Shown here: positions 1 to 62,930 of the stretch, piece after piece
How positions within the stretch are numbered: the stretch's first letter is position 1
Layout: the number at the start of each line of letters is the position of its first letter
Assembly (NCBI GenBank): GCA_012026655.1
Contig: JAAILG010000165.1
Coordinates: 62,001 to 126,000 of the forward strand
Source: Hydrolagus affinis
Taxonomy: Eukaryota
Reading direction: 5' to 3'
DNA length: 64,000 nucleotides
The notes under the pieces: model-generated
What the model was told of the DNA's origin: nothing
The model's input: only the letters and a program-made list of their open reading frames with translations
Database searches by the model: none
Program-made: the position numbers and the translations under genes

Positions 1-50742
<50,742 letters not shown>

Positions 50743-50842
50743 NNNNNNNNNNNNNNNNNNNNNNNNNNNNNNNNNNNNNNNNNNNNNNNNNNNNNNNNNN
50801 NNNNNNNNNNNNNNNNNNNNNNNNNNNNNNNNNNNNNNNNNN
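50743..50842. other. Assembly gap (100 N)
   Basis: Run of exactly 100 N. Confidence 1.
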
Positions 50843-50989
50843 TATTTGAACGTAACGCCTAAGCCTAACTGCTCCAAAACAAAACGAATCCAAAGAGATC
50901 AGGTATCTATTTCACATCGAAACGGACATTTTCAAGCTTGAGAAGTTATACCTCAAAGAGGAGAGGAAGGAGAGAGAGAGAGGAGAGGG

Positions 50990-51760
50990 AAGGAAGGGGT
51001 GGGGGGGGGAGGCGAAAGGGAAGCTTTGCACTCCTACAGACTCAGGGCCCAGCTGGTCATTATCATTGCTCGTCGCCCCGAAAATAAAATCAATCTCGAC
51101 TCTCCCTCCGCAAAAGACAAACTTAAAGCCCAGCGGCGTGAAGCGAGGAGCTCGTCGGGCGTTTCAAGTGCGTCGTTGTTCATACTCCCGGGGGCGGAGA
51201 GGGAGCTGAGGGCTGAGGGGTGGTGATGGTGCTGGAAGAATTTTTTTTCCTTTTTTTTCCCCCCGCCCTCCCTCCCTCCCTCCCTCCCCACCACCGCTCT
51301 CAGTGAAATCTCGATCGACGTCCTCTCTCAGGATTAAAAGTGTGTGAAGCCGGTGGCGCACATTCCAGGGTCTTCTCTCTTCTCCCCCACCTTCCTCCTC
51401 CTCCTCTTCCTCCTGCTCCCCGCTGTAACGAGTCTCAATGTCTCAGGGTCGCTTCCCTCTCCCTCCCTCCTTTCCTGTCACAACGCCCCGTTTCTCCTGA
51501 TCTTTTTCTTCGCCGCCGCCGCCGCTGTTGTTGTTTCCGTTTGTCCTGATGCCACCGCTCACACTTACTTCTCCTTGACCGTATATGGGGTAAATATGGC
51601 CGATCAGTACATCCCAAACCTCCCTCCCTGTGTCTCTCAGGCGCTGGCCGACACTCTCCACAAAGCCACCGCGCACCGGAAACTACCGCGCGTCATCTGA
51701 TGGACAGCTTCACCATGGCGACGGGGGGGCGGGAGGGCGAGGGCGAGCACGCATGCGCCC
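50990..51760 (-). promoter_or_regulatory. CpG island: promoter and 5' UTR of CDC42BPB
   Basis: Sharp GC/CpG enrichment directly 5' of coding exon 1; GC box (~51725), NRF1-like cgcatgcgc (~51750), (GCC)n tract at 51511-51524. Confidence 0.85.
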
Positions 51761-51912
51761 AGCTCCAAGAGTGCAACATGGCTAACAGCAGCAAAACACT
51801 ATTATTATATTATTAATATTAATAATGTATAATAATAATGATGATTAGAATCAGAATACCTGCAGTTGGTACAGCCCATCTTATCGCGTCTTCTAGATAA
51901 ACAAGTATAACA

Positions 51913-52745
51913 AATAATCCTTACATTTATGTAGCGCTTTCCACGTCTTATCGACGTCTCAAAGCGCTTTGCGGATTATACCATACAGTGAATGGACTGT
52001 ATATTTTGTGGGCGAAATGCGGCAGCCAATTGCGCGGGAGCAGTGTCCCCCACAAACAGTCGTGGATTGAAATGACCGAGTTTATTATTGTGGTTTTTTT
52101 TGGAGGGGTTATTTATTAGGACTGTGGAGTAAGGAAACTTGCCCAAGGTTTCGCCCTGATCCGCCTGGATTCGAACACAGGTCTCATGCTTGTAAGGCAA
52201 GTGCTCTAACCACTGAGCTACATACTGCAAAGTCAATTGACTGTATATTTTATGGGCAAAACGCAGCAGCCAATTGCGCACAGCGGTGTCCCCACAAACA
52301 GTTGTGCATTTAATGACCAAATTATTACCAATCGACTAACAACTGGGTTCCTACTTACTGTTAAACAGAGGCGCATGGAGTAAGGAAAAATGCCCAACAT
52401 TTGGTCCAACCGGGAATTGAACCCGGGTGTCTCGTTTGCGAGGTGAGTGCTCTTAACAACTGAATTACAGGGCTCCAGGTTCTCAGTGTTGCTCTATAAT
52501 TATAACTATCTGTTGCTACAAAAAACCTGCAAAACAAAACAACTCCAACAGTTTCTCTCTCCTTGTCAACAATCCCCCAAACAAAATTGGTCATTCACTC
52601 ACTTCACGGCTGTTTGTGTGTCACTGATGGGCGCAAGTGGTCACTGCGTTTAATCCACAAAACATACAGTAAATCCTGTGAAGCGTTTTGAGGTGTCTCA
52701 CTAACATGAGAAGGCACTATGTCAAAGCAATGCAAGAATTATTAT
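51913..52745. mobile_element. Cluster of tRNA-SINEs (two on - at about 51913-52222 and 52225-52480; one on + at about 52570-52745)
   Basis: Reverse-complement A/B boxes at about 52168-52220 and 52415-52470; cores and tails. Confidence 0.85.
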
Positions 52746-52777
52746 TTTTGATGGACAGCCAAAATGGGCAACAAGTA

Positions 52778-53340
52778 CAAAACAACGACAAATTACATTT
52801 GTATAGGTCCTTTCCCATCAGAAGAACGTCCCAAGGCGCGGGACAGACAGGAATCTGCACCCAAGAGGTGGTGGAGATCAGAAGGGGTGGAGGGTGGAGA
52901 GAGTAGGAGATAATAATAATAATATTATTCCTAGCATTTGATATAGTGCTGCTCACGTCTTCTAGACATCTCAAAGCACTTTACAGAATATACTGTAAAG
53001 TGAATTGACGATACATTTGTGGGGTAGGAACATGACCCAAGGCACGGTGGCAGAGGAGGGTCTTGAGATGGGCATTGATGAAGGCACGGGAGGTTGTGAG
53101 TCAAAATGGATGGAGTAGCAAAGGCTGGGGCAAAAAGGTTGAAGGCGTCAGGGCAGGAGACTTGGAGTGAGCCAGGGTCCACTGACTGAAGGGAGCGGAC
53201 AAATCAGTATGGAGTTAGCAGGTCACAGAGGTATGGAGGAGCAAGGCCGTGGAAGGCTTTGAAAGTAAGGATTATTATTATGAGGATTTTGAATTCTATC
53301 ATCTGGAGTTGGAGACCCAGGGGAGCTAGGAGAGGATGGG
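52778..53340 (-). mobile_element. L2 LINE 3' fragment interrupted by a SINE tail (about 52910-53022)
   Basis: Reverse L2 tail (gtcccaaggcgc) and purine-rich ORF2 end matching 27200-27620; SINE tail nested inside. Confidence 0.75.
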
Positions 53341-54034
53341 AATAATTGGTTCATGGAGCTCTATTTCAGCGAGCAAAATATTATTTTCCTGCAATTTTTA
53401 CGATAACTATAATGGAAAAGATTGAAGATTGTTGTACCCCATTGAATGTGTTTGGACATCTATGCTGATTTAATTCAAAGAAGAGCTACTTTAACCTCAC
53501 CACTATTTCTAAGGCATAAACCACCACAGCTAATTTGTCATCTTCATAACTCAATTAAACTATTTTTTAATCCTTTCAAAGTATCATTGACAGGTTTACA
53601 GATCAGCAGCTCCCACTCCATGGTTTTACGTCAAAGATTAACCTTATCATGTCCATGATGTGGGCTTGCCAATCTTGAGAATTTTGTGCTTCTTTTGAGT
53701 TAAAAATTAGCTGTTAGAGCCAAAGTAAAAGCTAGGTTTTCAGCATTGTGATAAAAGGGAAAAGGCTAAACCATGTTTTCCAAACATATTTGTCTTTCAC
53801 TCAAATAGTTCCTCTTTATCGATGAATGCAGTGATCACTCAGATGTCCAGGTAACTTACTGAAGGGAAGCATTTGCAAACTCTATACAGTATATTGTCAA
53901 TTTTTGGTCCATAATTAAAACCAAAAGGCAAAATCACGCCAAAGGAAAAAACAGTTATGATTGATCAGCTCATTATATGATCCCCTCTTACCTGTTACAT
54001 ATTTTTGAAACACACTTTAGGAACAGGGGAGCCA

Positions 54035-54262
54035 ATAATAATAATCCTCCTTGCATTTATTATAATGTTTTTCATGTCTTCTAGATATCTCACAGCGCTT
54101 CACAGAATATACTGTAAAGTGAATTGTCTGTATATTTTATGGACGAAATGCAGCAGCCAATCGCGCACAACAGTGTCCCACAAACAGTCATGGATTAAAG
54201 TGGCCAAATTATTATTGCTTTTTTCTTGAGGGATTATTATCGAGCGTCTGGAGTTTCACCCT
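54035..54262 (-). mobile_element. SINE, head truncated
   Basis: Reverse core and tail. Confidence 0.85.
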
Positions 54263-54734
54263 GCTCTCTTCACTTTAGAATGGTTACATTGAGGGGGATT
54301 GTGCAATAGCTCTTTGTATCATTTGTTCCATAACACTCCAGTAAGGCACTTTGCTTCTTTATAAATTGTTTCAATACAGCATTAGATAGGAAGCTATTCA
54401 ATTTCTCAGCCGGCAGTTTTCATTCATGGAGCAGTAAGACATTTAGCATTAATATCTTTACTAACTGGAAATTCATCATACTGCTTGTGTAAAGCATGAG
54501 TGTAAATTATAGACTACTCTTGTAATTATTCTACCAGCAATTCGTTTGCTAAATTACCATAGTACTGTATTATTATTATATTGCAAAATTCAATCCTGGA
54601 CCTGAGGAGGTAGACCTCTTCTTTCCAAACAAAGATTTTTTTGGTTATAGTCTTATAAAAGCATTATATTAATATTTGGAAGCAATATTTAAATGGCTCC
54701 ATTTTCCCCTATACTGTACTTATAGTTCTTATAT

Positions 54735-55120
54735 AGAATAACATAGATGATACACAGGTACAATGATCATTTGGCCCAAATAGAGCGTGAAGGTGTTTCC
54801 TCTACATGAAATCCTACCTCTCTCATTCCCCTTTCCATTAACCTTCTATTCCCTTCTCCCTCGCATATTCGTCACATTTTCCCCTTGAATACATCAATGC
54901 TTTTTGATTCAGTCACAGCTTCCAACGGTCACTTCCACATTCTCACTGCCCATAAAGAGATTTCTTTTGTACTCCCTGTTGGATCTACTACCAGCCATCT
55001 CATGTATGTATTCTCATTTTGGACAAGTCGAGAGCACCATCAATCACCTTACCAAATCATTTCATATTTTTGTACACCTCTGTTAAATCCCTTGTCAATA
55101 ATCTCAACTCCAGAGGAATA
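54735..55120 (-). mobile_element. Degenerate CR1-type LINE 3' fragment
   Basis: catttggccc terminal motif; ttccacattctcact (reverse of LWN coding region). Confidence 0.65.
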
Positions 55121-58100
55121 ATCCTTTGAGACATAAAGCCAGATACTCTATTTACATTATTTATAACATTGTCCACCTGTGTTGTCTGCATCTTTTTTCC
55201 ATCTATTAAATACATTGTCGAGTATATTTTTCACAATTATCACACTCGACACTGACCACCGGTTAAGTTGACTTAACAACTTACTTTCCTCCTCCATGAA
55301 GAGTGAGACAACATCCGGAAGGTTTGCGTGAAACTTCGATCTAGTTGTTTGCTGAGCACTTGGTCTGAAGCACAAAGCCATGAATCAATACTATCCACTT
55401 CACTGCTGCCTTATCTGCTGAATGAGAGGAAATTGTACTAAATTCTGAATGTACAGAAATAACTCAATGTACAAGAGAATAGATAGCAAATTCATGCCTC
55501 ATCAGTTGGAAAAGCCACAAGGGGTCTACAAAGCCACAATTCATTATGCAATTAGTCTGGTTGAATTTGTTAATTAGACTGACACTAAAGCTGAGAGAAA
55601 GCAAAATAGGGTGAGTGAAAGACTTGGTTTCATTATTAAAATCAATACTAAAGAATTCATTCTCATAAGCAATGCCAATAAAAAATATTAGACCCATTTT
55701 GGGCTAGGCTTTGTAAAATTAAAAACTGTTGCATTTTATCTTTTAAACTGTGTACAATCAAGCCGATTAATCATGCCAATTTAATTTAAGTTGAACTAAC
55801 CTTTTTTTTAGAAAAAACTGAACACAGATCATGTACATAGACTTCTTTTCAAATATCTGCCATGGAAATAAATGGTTCTTCTCTGACATTCAGTCTGGAA
55901 AGAATGCTGCTTTCAACAATTTTGTTAGAATTTTGTTTTGAAAGCTTCCCAGAATACTGTATTTATGCCCTCTACTGATTTTTTGGCAAAATTCCTTCTG
56001 CAATGTTTCTAAATATTTGAACAAATTGTGAAATTGTGGATCTTTATTGTTTTTTTTTAATTTGTGCTGTCTTGTGTTTTTCCTGTGTCTTTCAGCTTCT
56101 GTTAAAAGGAACGAACAGCTGGTTGACTATTGAACAGCTGAATGATCTGGCAGGGATGAGGTGACACTGCTATTGGGATAATTACACATCATGCTGATCA
56201 GACTCATGGGGAATCAATTGACATACCTTAGTTTACATATACATATGTATGAACCTTACTTTAAGTATATTCTGGTTCATATTGTCAGTTGTCTTCTTCT
56301 GTAGAGTCCATTTTTGCGGCAGGTAGCAATGTCATTCAGGATGCTGTTTGGAACTGAAGGATGCCTGGAGCCAAAAGCTTCCATCGTTTATTATTAGAAT
56401 TCAGATCATGTACTTTTTATTTGAAATCTGGGCAAGAAATATTCAGGGAACAAGAGTGTACATGTATATCTCAAGGCATGTGCAGAGTAGTTGCAATAGA
56501 AGCTTTCTTTTAGACATGCTGAGAAAAGTAGTCCTGACTGATTGTGTTTATTATATAAATACATATACTGCATAGTTTCCAGTGTGACATTTCAACTAAT
56601 GTCACCCATCGTCTCCTTTCGAACCTTTGTACTGTAATTATTGGTAATTTATTACAGATTAAAATTGATTAAACCTTTCACAAGAACAAACACTTGAAAT
56701 TAACAACTGATCCTCGTTCGACCCAGACTCTAGTATCGTCCTCCACATTCCTTCATTCCTCACTGACTGCTGGTTTACGTCCCATCTTGCACTGTCTCTT
56801 TGATCAAAGTTACTGGTGCTGAAGCAATACACAGTCTGCCATTGCTTGTCGTGGTCAAGGTCACCTTAGCAACAAATCACGTGGGTTCCACATAGTAATT
56901 TTGCTATGTTCCAAGGTAAACACTAAATTGAACTACTGAGGAAAAGAATGTAAGTTACTGTATAAGCGGAGAGACCCTATTTCCAAACTTGCCTCTTTTG
57001 AAACGTGTGTATCCTCTATCAGACAGTCTACATTTAGTCAGTTCTCAGCTACTAGTAATCATGTCTCCCTTGGGTGAAATGTTTTTAATCTGTTTCTGGA
57101 ACTGTGTGGAAGAAAGTCTCAGTCTAGTTTATCCGTGACATTCCGTGAAGATACCCCTCAGGATAAAGCTGCCGATAATTTAACACCAATCTCAGTCAAA
57201 AGGGCCCTTTAACATTTCAGTTTCTAAAGGATTCACAATTTTTTTTAGGTGAGGTATCACAGCGATAGTCTGAAGTCAAGGGGGCAGCGCTAACAACAAT
57301 AAGTTACTTATGAATTTAATACTGATTGTAACCAGCACTACAGAAAGACCTTGAGAAAATGTACCAATGTTCAAGCCAGAGGTTTCCCACAATGCAGGAG
57401 CATCAACGCCAGTTGCAATCTTCCCATAACCAGTTCTATTAACTCATTTTTGTTTGTGCATGAGATGCAGAGCACGTTCTTTTACTGTTTTATTTTTAGG
57501 AATTTGCAAAAGAAATCTTTAATTTATACATGCTTACGCTTTGAAACTTTAATTTGCTGTCAGTTCTTTGTATGTAGGTCTCTCAACGCATCTTTTATTG
57601 ATGGTTAAGTCTGTGGCAGTCAAGAACTCTGATTGTCATGCATGAGAAAGTGATTTTTGAAACATTTTCCTTACTTGTTCCTTCTCTATATCATTAGCAT
57701 TTATCATTCATAAACAATTTATGGACAGTAGTCGTAATGCTACCACCAGCATATCCTAATGTAATCAAAAAATAGCATCCATCGAAAAAAAGCACGAAAA
57801 ACCTAAATGTGCATTATTCAAAAAAGCACATGTAAAACGCCTGTCTAAGCTAAAAAGCACAAAATCTAAAAGAAGTCTCTGTACTTCAACTTTTTTCAAG
57901 TCTCATGTGGTACACTCAACCACAGTAACTGGATTGTAAGGAAGTTTCCACTAAATAAACAGCAAACTGAATGTAATATAATTTAAATATTTCTCGCTTA
58001 GCGTTTAAAATTCCGAAATGTGTTCTGTGCTTTAGCAGTATAGATTTTTGAAATACACCAGAGAAAATTCAGGATTCAAGTTCCAAAGGTCAACTCCGTA

Positions 58101-58735
58101 CAGAATTCTTTCTTTGTGCTTTTATTAATAGATCACTTAATTATATCCAGGTCACAGTGCTACCAAAACCATAGCTGGTATAGAACTGGGGTCAGCCATG
58201 GTTTTCAATTTGTTCTTGTTAACAAAAAAGTTGCTGATTTTTTAAAAGCATTTAGAGCAATGTACTGTACTTGAATGAAATCTTTGGGCATTACCCCAAT
58301 TTGGCTACTGTAGCTGGCATCATTTTACAAACAGAACATGTGCATAGATTTAACCTATGGTAGACAAAGGTTATTTATTAAACCTTAAGCCAATTATACT
58401 AATCCATTATCACAAACAAAAATGTTTCAGTTTCTTGCATTTGAAAGGGAGAACTGTCTAACAACACTGCCACCTACAGTCACTTGAAACTAAAAAAAAA
58501 CAAGATGTCAAGTACTGTAATAATAGTACAGTACCAGAATTTGTTAAAATGAATAAATGAATATTATCCTGTAGGTTGGTGAAGTTAGTGCAATGTATCT
58601 ACAGTTGTTGTAGAAAACCTTTGCTGTACTGAAGTGAAGAGTACTTCTCCGTTGAAAGTGTTGCAGAGGCTGTCCTCGGTATAACCATGCCTGGATATTA
58701 CGATGCTTCCAGTTAGAAGAACTGTTTTTTCCTAT

Positions 58736-59031
58736 GAACAAAACACAAAAATTGCAGATATTGGTAATCTGAAACAAAAACAGAGAGAGCTGGGAAAACT
58801 CAGCAGGTCAATCAGCATCTATCGAGAAAGGAAAGTGAGTCAACGTTTCGGCTCCACAACCCTTCGTCAGAACTCCAAATGCAAAAAGTGCAGAGTAAGA
58901 AACAGATTAAGTGAACCCTTCTGACAAAGGGTCGTGGACCCGAAATGTTGATTCACTTTCCTTTCTCCATAGATTCACTTTCCTTTCTCCATAGACCTGC
59001 TGAGTTTTCCCAGCTCTCTCTGTTTTTGTTT
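58736..59031. mobile_element. Palindromic Penelope-like (inverted terminal repeat) element with 14-bp TSD
   Basis: About 100-bp inverted arms (58771-58872 and 58919-59032); ctgacgaaggg..gaaacgtt motif; TSD ctgttttttcctat at 58722-58735 and 59032-59045. Confidence 0.8.
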
Positions 59032-59479
59032 CTGTTTTTTCCTATTGCTTATTACCCTGATACAGAAATCTTAGGAGCCCCTGATATAAGGATCCATTAA
59101 GTTGAACCAACAAACCAATACAACTCATGCACTTTGGCGAAGGCAAGTAAGAAAGGGAGTTAATCACGGTAATTAAAGCTGCAAACTCTTAAATTTAGAG
59201 AAGAAAAAATAAATCTCAGAGCTCTGCAAAGAACTTGGATTTCCTAAAAGCACAGTTGAAATGCATTTATAGTTCCTGACAGTACAGCGTGACGTAACAG
59301 AAAACTTAAGTTTTTGATGGATTGTGATCATATTTTTGTTTTCAATTTTCCGAAGTTGAATCCAAATGACAATTAAATTCTCAGACAAGGCACAGAGTTG
59401 TGAATTTGCTAATGCAGTCACTCTTACCATGTACAGTATATGGAAATATAGAAACTAGGTAAATAAAGGGTGTTTCCAA

Positions 59480-59790
59480 AGGAAAAAAATAATCAAATGA
59501 TATTCAGACAAATGACTACACTGTAAATTTTGAAGTGGACAGGTGAACAAATGCAAAGAGTAAGAAACAGATTAAGCAAGTGAGTAGAACTATGTCAGAC
59601 AGAGTTTAACATTGCAAAGTGAGACAGTGCACTTCAAACAGAAGAATAGCAGTTGAGAGTATGTTTTAAATGAAGGGTAGAGAAGCAAAGTGGTATGGGC
59701 ATTCAAGTCCGTACATCATTGAAATCTAGTTGGTACATGCAGAGGGCAGTCAATATGACAAATGGAAGTCAGGCCTTTATAATGTCTGAA
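59480..59790 (+). mobile_element. Highly degenerate CR1 RT fragment
   Basis: Remnants resembling DRLSEW...QMEFN..KCEV.HF...YFLNG...KANG. Confidence 0.55.
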
Positions 59791-61479
59791 TTATAAGAGC
59801 AAACAGCACACCTTAGAAACTTTCACTGTGTTTAATCAGAAATTTGCTGTGTTCTATCAGTAATCCGGGCTCAGCGATTGATGCACATACAATATCTTAA
59901 TTTTGTGACACTATTGTTGAAACATAGGATTTGCACAGAGAATCCGTGATTCTTGGTTGTTTAATGATATCAGTAATGCTATTATTTTATAATAATATTG
60001 CATTGTGAGGAAAGGTGCTTTTTTTGAGATCTGGAGAAATTAAAATATCATTTATCGGGTGTAGGATTGGATCATTGCATCTAATCTTGAAAATATTTGA
60101 ATTTGGACATGAAGAAAAATCAAATGCGTACTCAAAGTGGTTTTGCAGGCAAGTGTGGCAAAGATTAACACTTCAGGAAAAATTACCTTCTTAAAATAAA
60201 TTCTTCCCTGCTGGTTTGCAGTCTGATGACCTCTTGTGGTCCAGTGGATGATTTCTGCAAGTTGAGGCAGTATTCGAAACTGGTTAAATTGGTGATTTTA
60301 AAGGGCTGCAATCACTGGTTGTCTTGCAATGCAGAATGTGTATTTCATCTTGTAATATAATTTGTGTGATATAATTCATTTTTGTATAGTAGTTACTTTG
60401 TGGTTGTTTGTGAGATATTATCGTGTGCAAAATACTTTACAAGATCCAATGCACTTTACAGTAAAAGTAAACCCTGCAAAGTATTTTGAGGCGTCAGCCT
60501 GGCATGAAAGGTGCTTTATCAATTGTAAAGATAATTATTATTTTATTATAATGGGTGGGGTGGGGGTGGGGGGTGGGAGTAATGGGGGCTATTTTGTCTA
60601 TTTGTCTATGTGTCTATTTTGTTTATCAAGCTACACTGAATAGTATGCTGGCCGATGAATATGAGATTGAATCTTTGCGGACTGTGAGTTTCATGTTGAA
60701 AAGGTTCCTCAGTTAACAGGCAAACATATTTGTTTTACCCTTTCAGCTCTCCTCTCAGGATATTCAAAGGGAATTGGTGACCCGTTCCCTAGGCTCTGTC
60801 TTGTGTATACCATCATTCAGCACTAAAATATACATTAGTGGATGAGTTACAGTGTGCAGTAACTCATCCACTAATGTCACCTCTATCCCTCTGCGGATGA
60901 GGGCGGCCTCTATTCTGCCCTCAGTCTGCACCAGAAGCTCATTTTAGAACCATGGGTATAAATGTACTGTATATAAAATCGTTCCGTGGTATTAAACATC
61001 AGTGTGCCATCCTCACTTGCCAATACCATACATAGTCCGGAGTGAAATCTGTTTTCTTATAAGTGATATTTATCAGCCATTCCCGATTTAATTTTAGTAA
61101 AAAGAAATGTCTGATTATTCTCTCCTAATAATAATAATTGCACAGCAATGCTCCGCAAACAGCCATGAGGCCAATGATCAATTTTATTTGGTGGGGGTGG
61201 GAGGGTGGCGGAGGATTGTTTACCAGGATAATCAGAGAAGCTCCCTTTTCTTTTCAAATCAAGTAGTAAAGTGGGATCTTTAATATCCACATAGACAGGC
61301 AGACCTGACCTGGGTTTAGCGTTTCATCTGAAGGATGTTATTACTAGCATTGTCCAGTACAACACAACATTACACTGGAGTGTCAGCCTAGAATACATGG
61401 CTTTAAAGTCGTAACTTGGGGCATGAACCCACAACCTTCTTAAGTCAATGAAAAGTGAATCTAGCAGTTTGATAATCAC

Positions 61480-61612
61480 AATAATCCTTGCATTTGATAT
61501 AGAGCTTTTCACGTCTTCCAGAACGTCTCAAAGCGCTTCACAAAATATGCTGAAAAATGAATTGACTGTATATTTGTGGGAGAAACATGGCAGCCAATTG
61601 CGCACAGCAGTT
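61480..61612 (-). mobile_element. SINE 3' half
   Basis: Reverse tail and core. Confidence 0.85.
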
Positions 61613-62190
61613 GATTTCATTTTAGTCAATTATTAAGTACTGGATCAATGTTTTAATAAGTGCATAGTCCCATTTATTAAAGATCTCACCTTACCCCACC
61701 TGCTACAACTGCAGAAATATCACCCTTGCCTTTCTTGTCCTCAGTCGAGTACTCTTACACAATTCAGAAGCTATAAATATTCTGACTTTGGTTGACTTTT
61801 CTGCATTATCCAGCTGGAGGACACTAGCCTCTGTCAATGTGGAAGTATGACCACTTCACCTGATATCACAGAAAAAATCTGCTTTTTTGCACATTAAGGT
61901 CTCTATGGATAAGGGATTATTAAGTCAGTTGATACTAAAAACAAAAATATCATGTTCAAGGTAAATATTCTCTGTTTTTTCATAAAATACCAGAGTGTAT
62001 TCCATGAGTTAGTTACATGGGATTGATAATTCATAGATGAATTATTTTTCTAAATTATTAGTTTTGTTAGAATATTTTTAATGTTTGACTGAAGTTCATG
62101 GAGGCCTCTATAATAACGTGTAAACATGACCAAAATGATCATTTTAGTATTGAATACAGAAAAGTTTCATCTTCATCCTTGTCCATCCTT

Positions 62191-62490
62191 GTGGAGTCCT
62201 GTAGCTCAGTGGTTAGAGCACTCGCCTTACAAGCGAGAGACCTGAGTTCGATTCCAGGCAGGGTGAAACCTTGGGGAAGTTTCCTTACTCCACACACCCA
62301 ATAATAATCCCTCTAAAAGAAAATTTGGTCTCTAAATCCACGACTGTTTATAGGGCACTCCTGTGCGCAATTGGCGGCTGAATTTTGCCCACAAATATAC
62401 AGTCAATTCACTTTACAGTATATGCTGTGAAGTGCTTTGAGGCGTCTAGAAGACGTGAAAAGTGCTATATCAAATGCAAGGATTATTAGT
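62191..62490 (+). mobile_element. Full-length tRNA-derived Deu-domain SINE
   Basis: A box (tagctcagtggttagagc), B box (gttcgattcc), core ctgtgcgcaattggc, L2-type stem-loop tail ending aaatgcaaggattatta. Confidence 0.9.
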
Positions 62491-62671
62491 ATCATATCAC
62501 TTCATAAGCTACAATTAAAGTACTGTACCTCATTCATTAATTGGTGCTAGGAATAGTGTAGAGTGCCACCATGTGGCGTTTTGAGGAATGTCTTTTCACC
62601 ACATAATATTCCATGTCATAGAAATAAATATTACTAGTTTTTACAATAGAAACTTCATTATACATCCAGTG

Positions 62672-62930
62672 ATTATAATAATAATCCTTGTATTTGATAT
62701 AGCGCCTTATCACATCATTGAGATGTCTCAAAGCGCTTCACAGAATATATTATAAAGTGAATTGACTGCATTTTTTGAACGAAGTGCGGCAGCCAATCGC
62801 GGACAGCAGTGTCCGCATTATTACCCCGGAAAAACGATCTGCCAATCAACTAACAATCGGATACCTACTTACTGCTAGGTAAAAACACGCATGTGTAGAA
62901 AGGAAACTTGTCCAAGGTTGCCCCGACTTG
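62672..62930 (-). mobile_element. tRNA-SINE, second subfamily with a different central segment; head truncated
   Basis: Same tail and core in reverse, plus cctagcagtaagtagg segment also seen at 52330-52400. Confidence 0.85.

Noticed and set aside
50999-51700. Many overlapping ORFs on both strands
   Set aside because: Expected from high GC and low complexity in the CpG island; no recognisable protein
57740-58180. Recurring aaaaagcac / gtgcttt motifs suggesting a DNA transposon
   Set aside because: No convincing terminal inverted repeats or TSD found by eye
62197-62260. tRNA-like sequences (also about 36995, 52165-52220 and 63795)
   Set aside because: They continue into the SINE core and L2-type tail, so they are SINE heads, not tRNA genes
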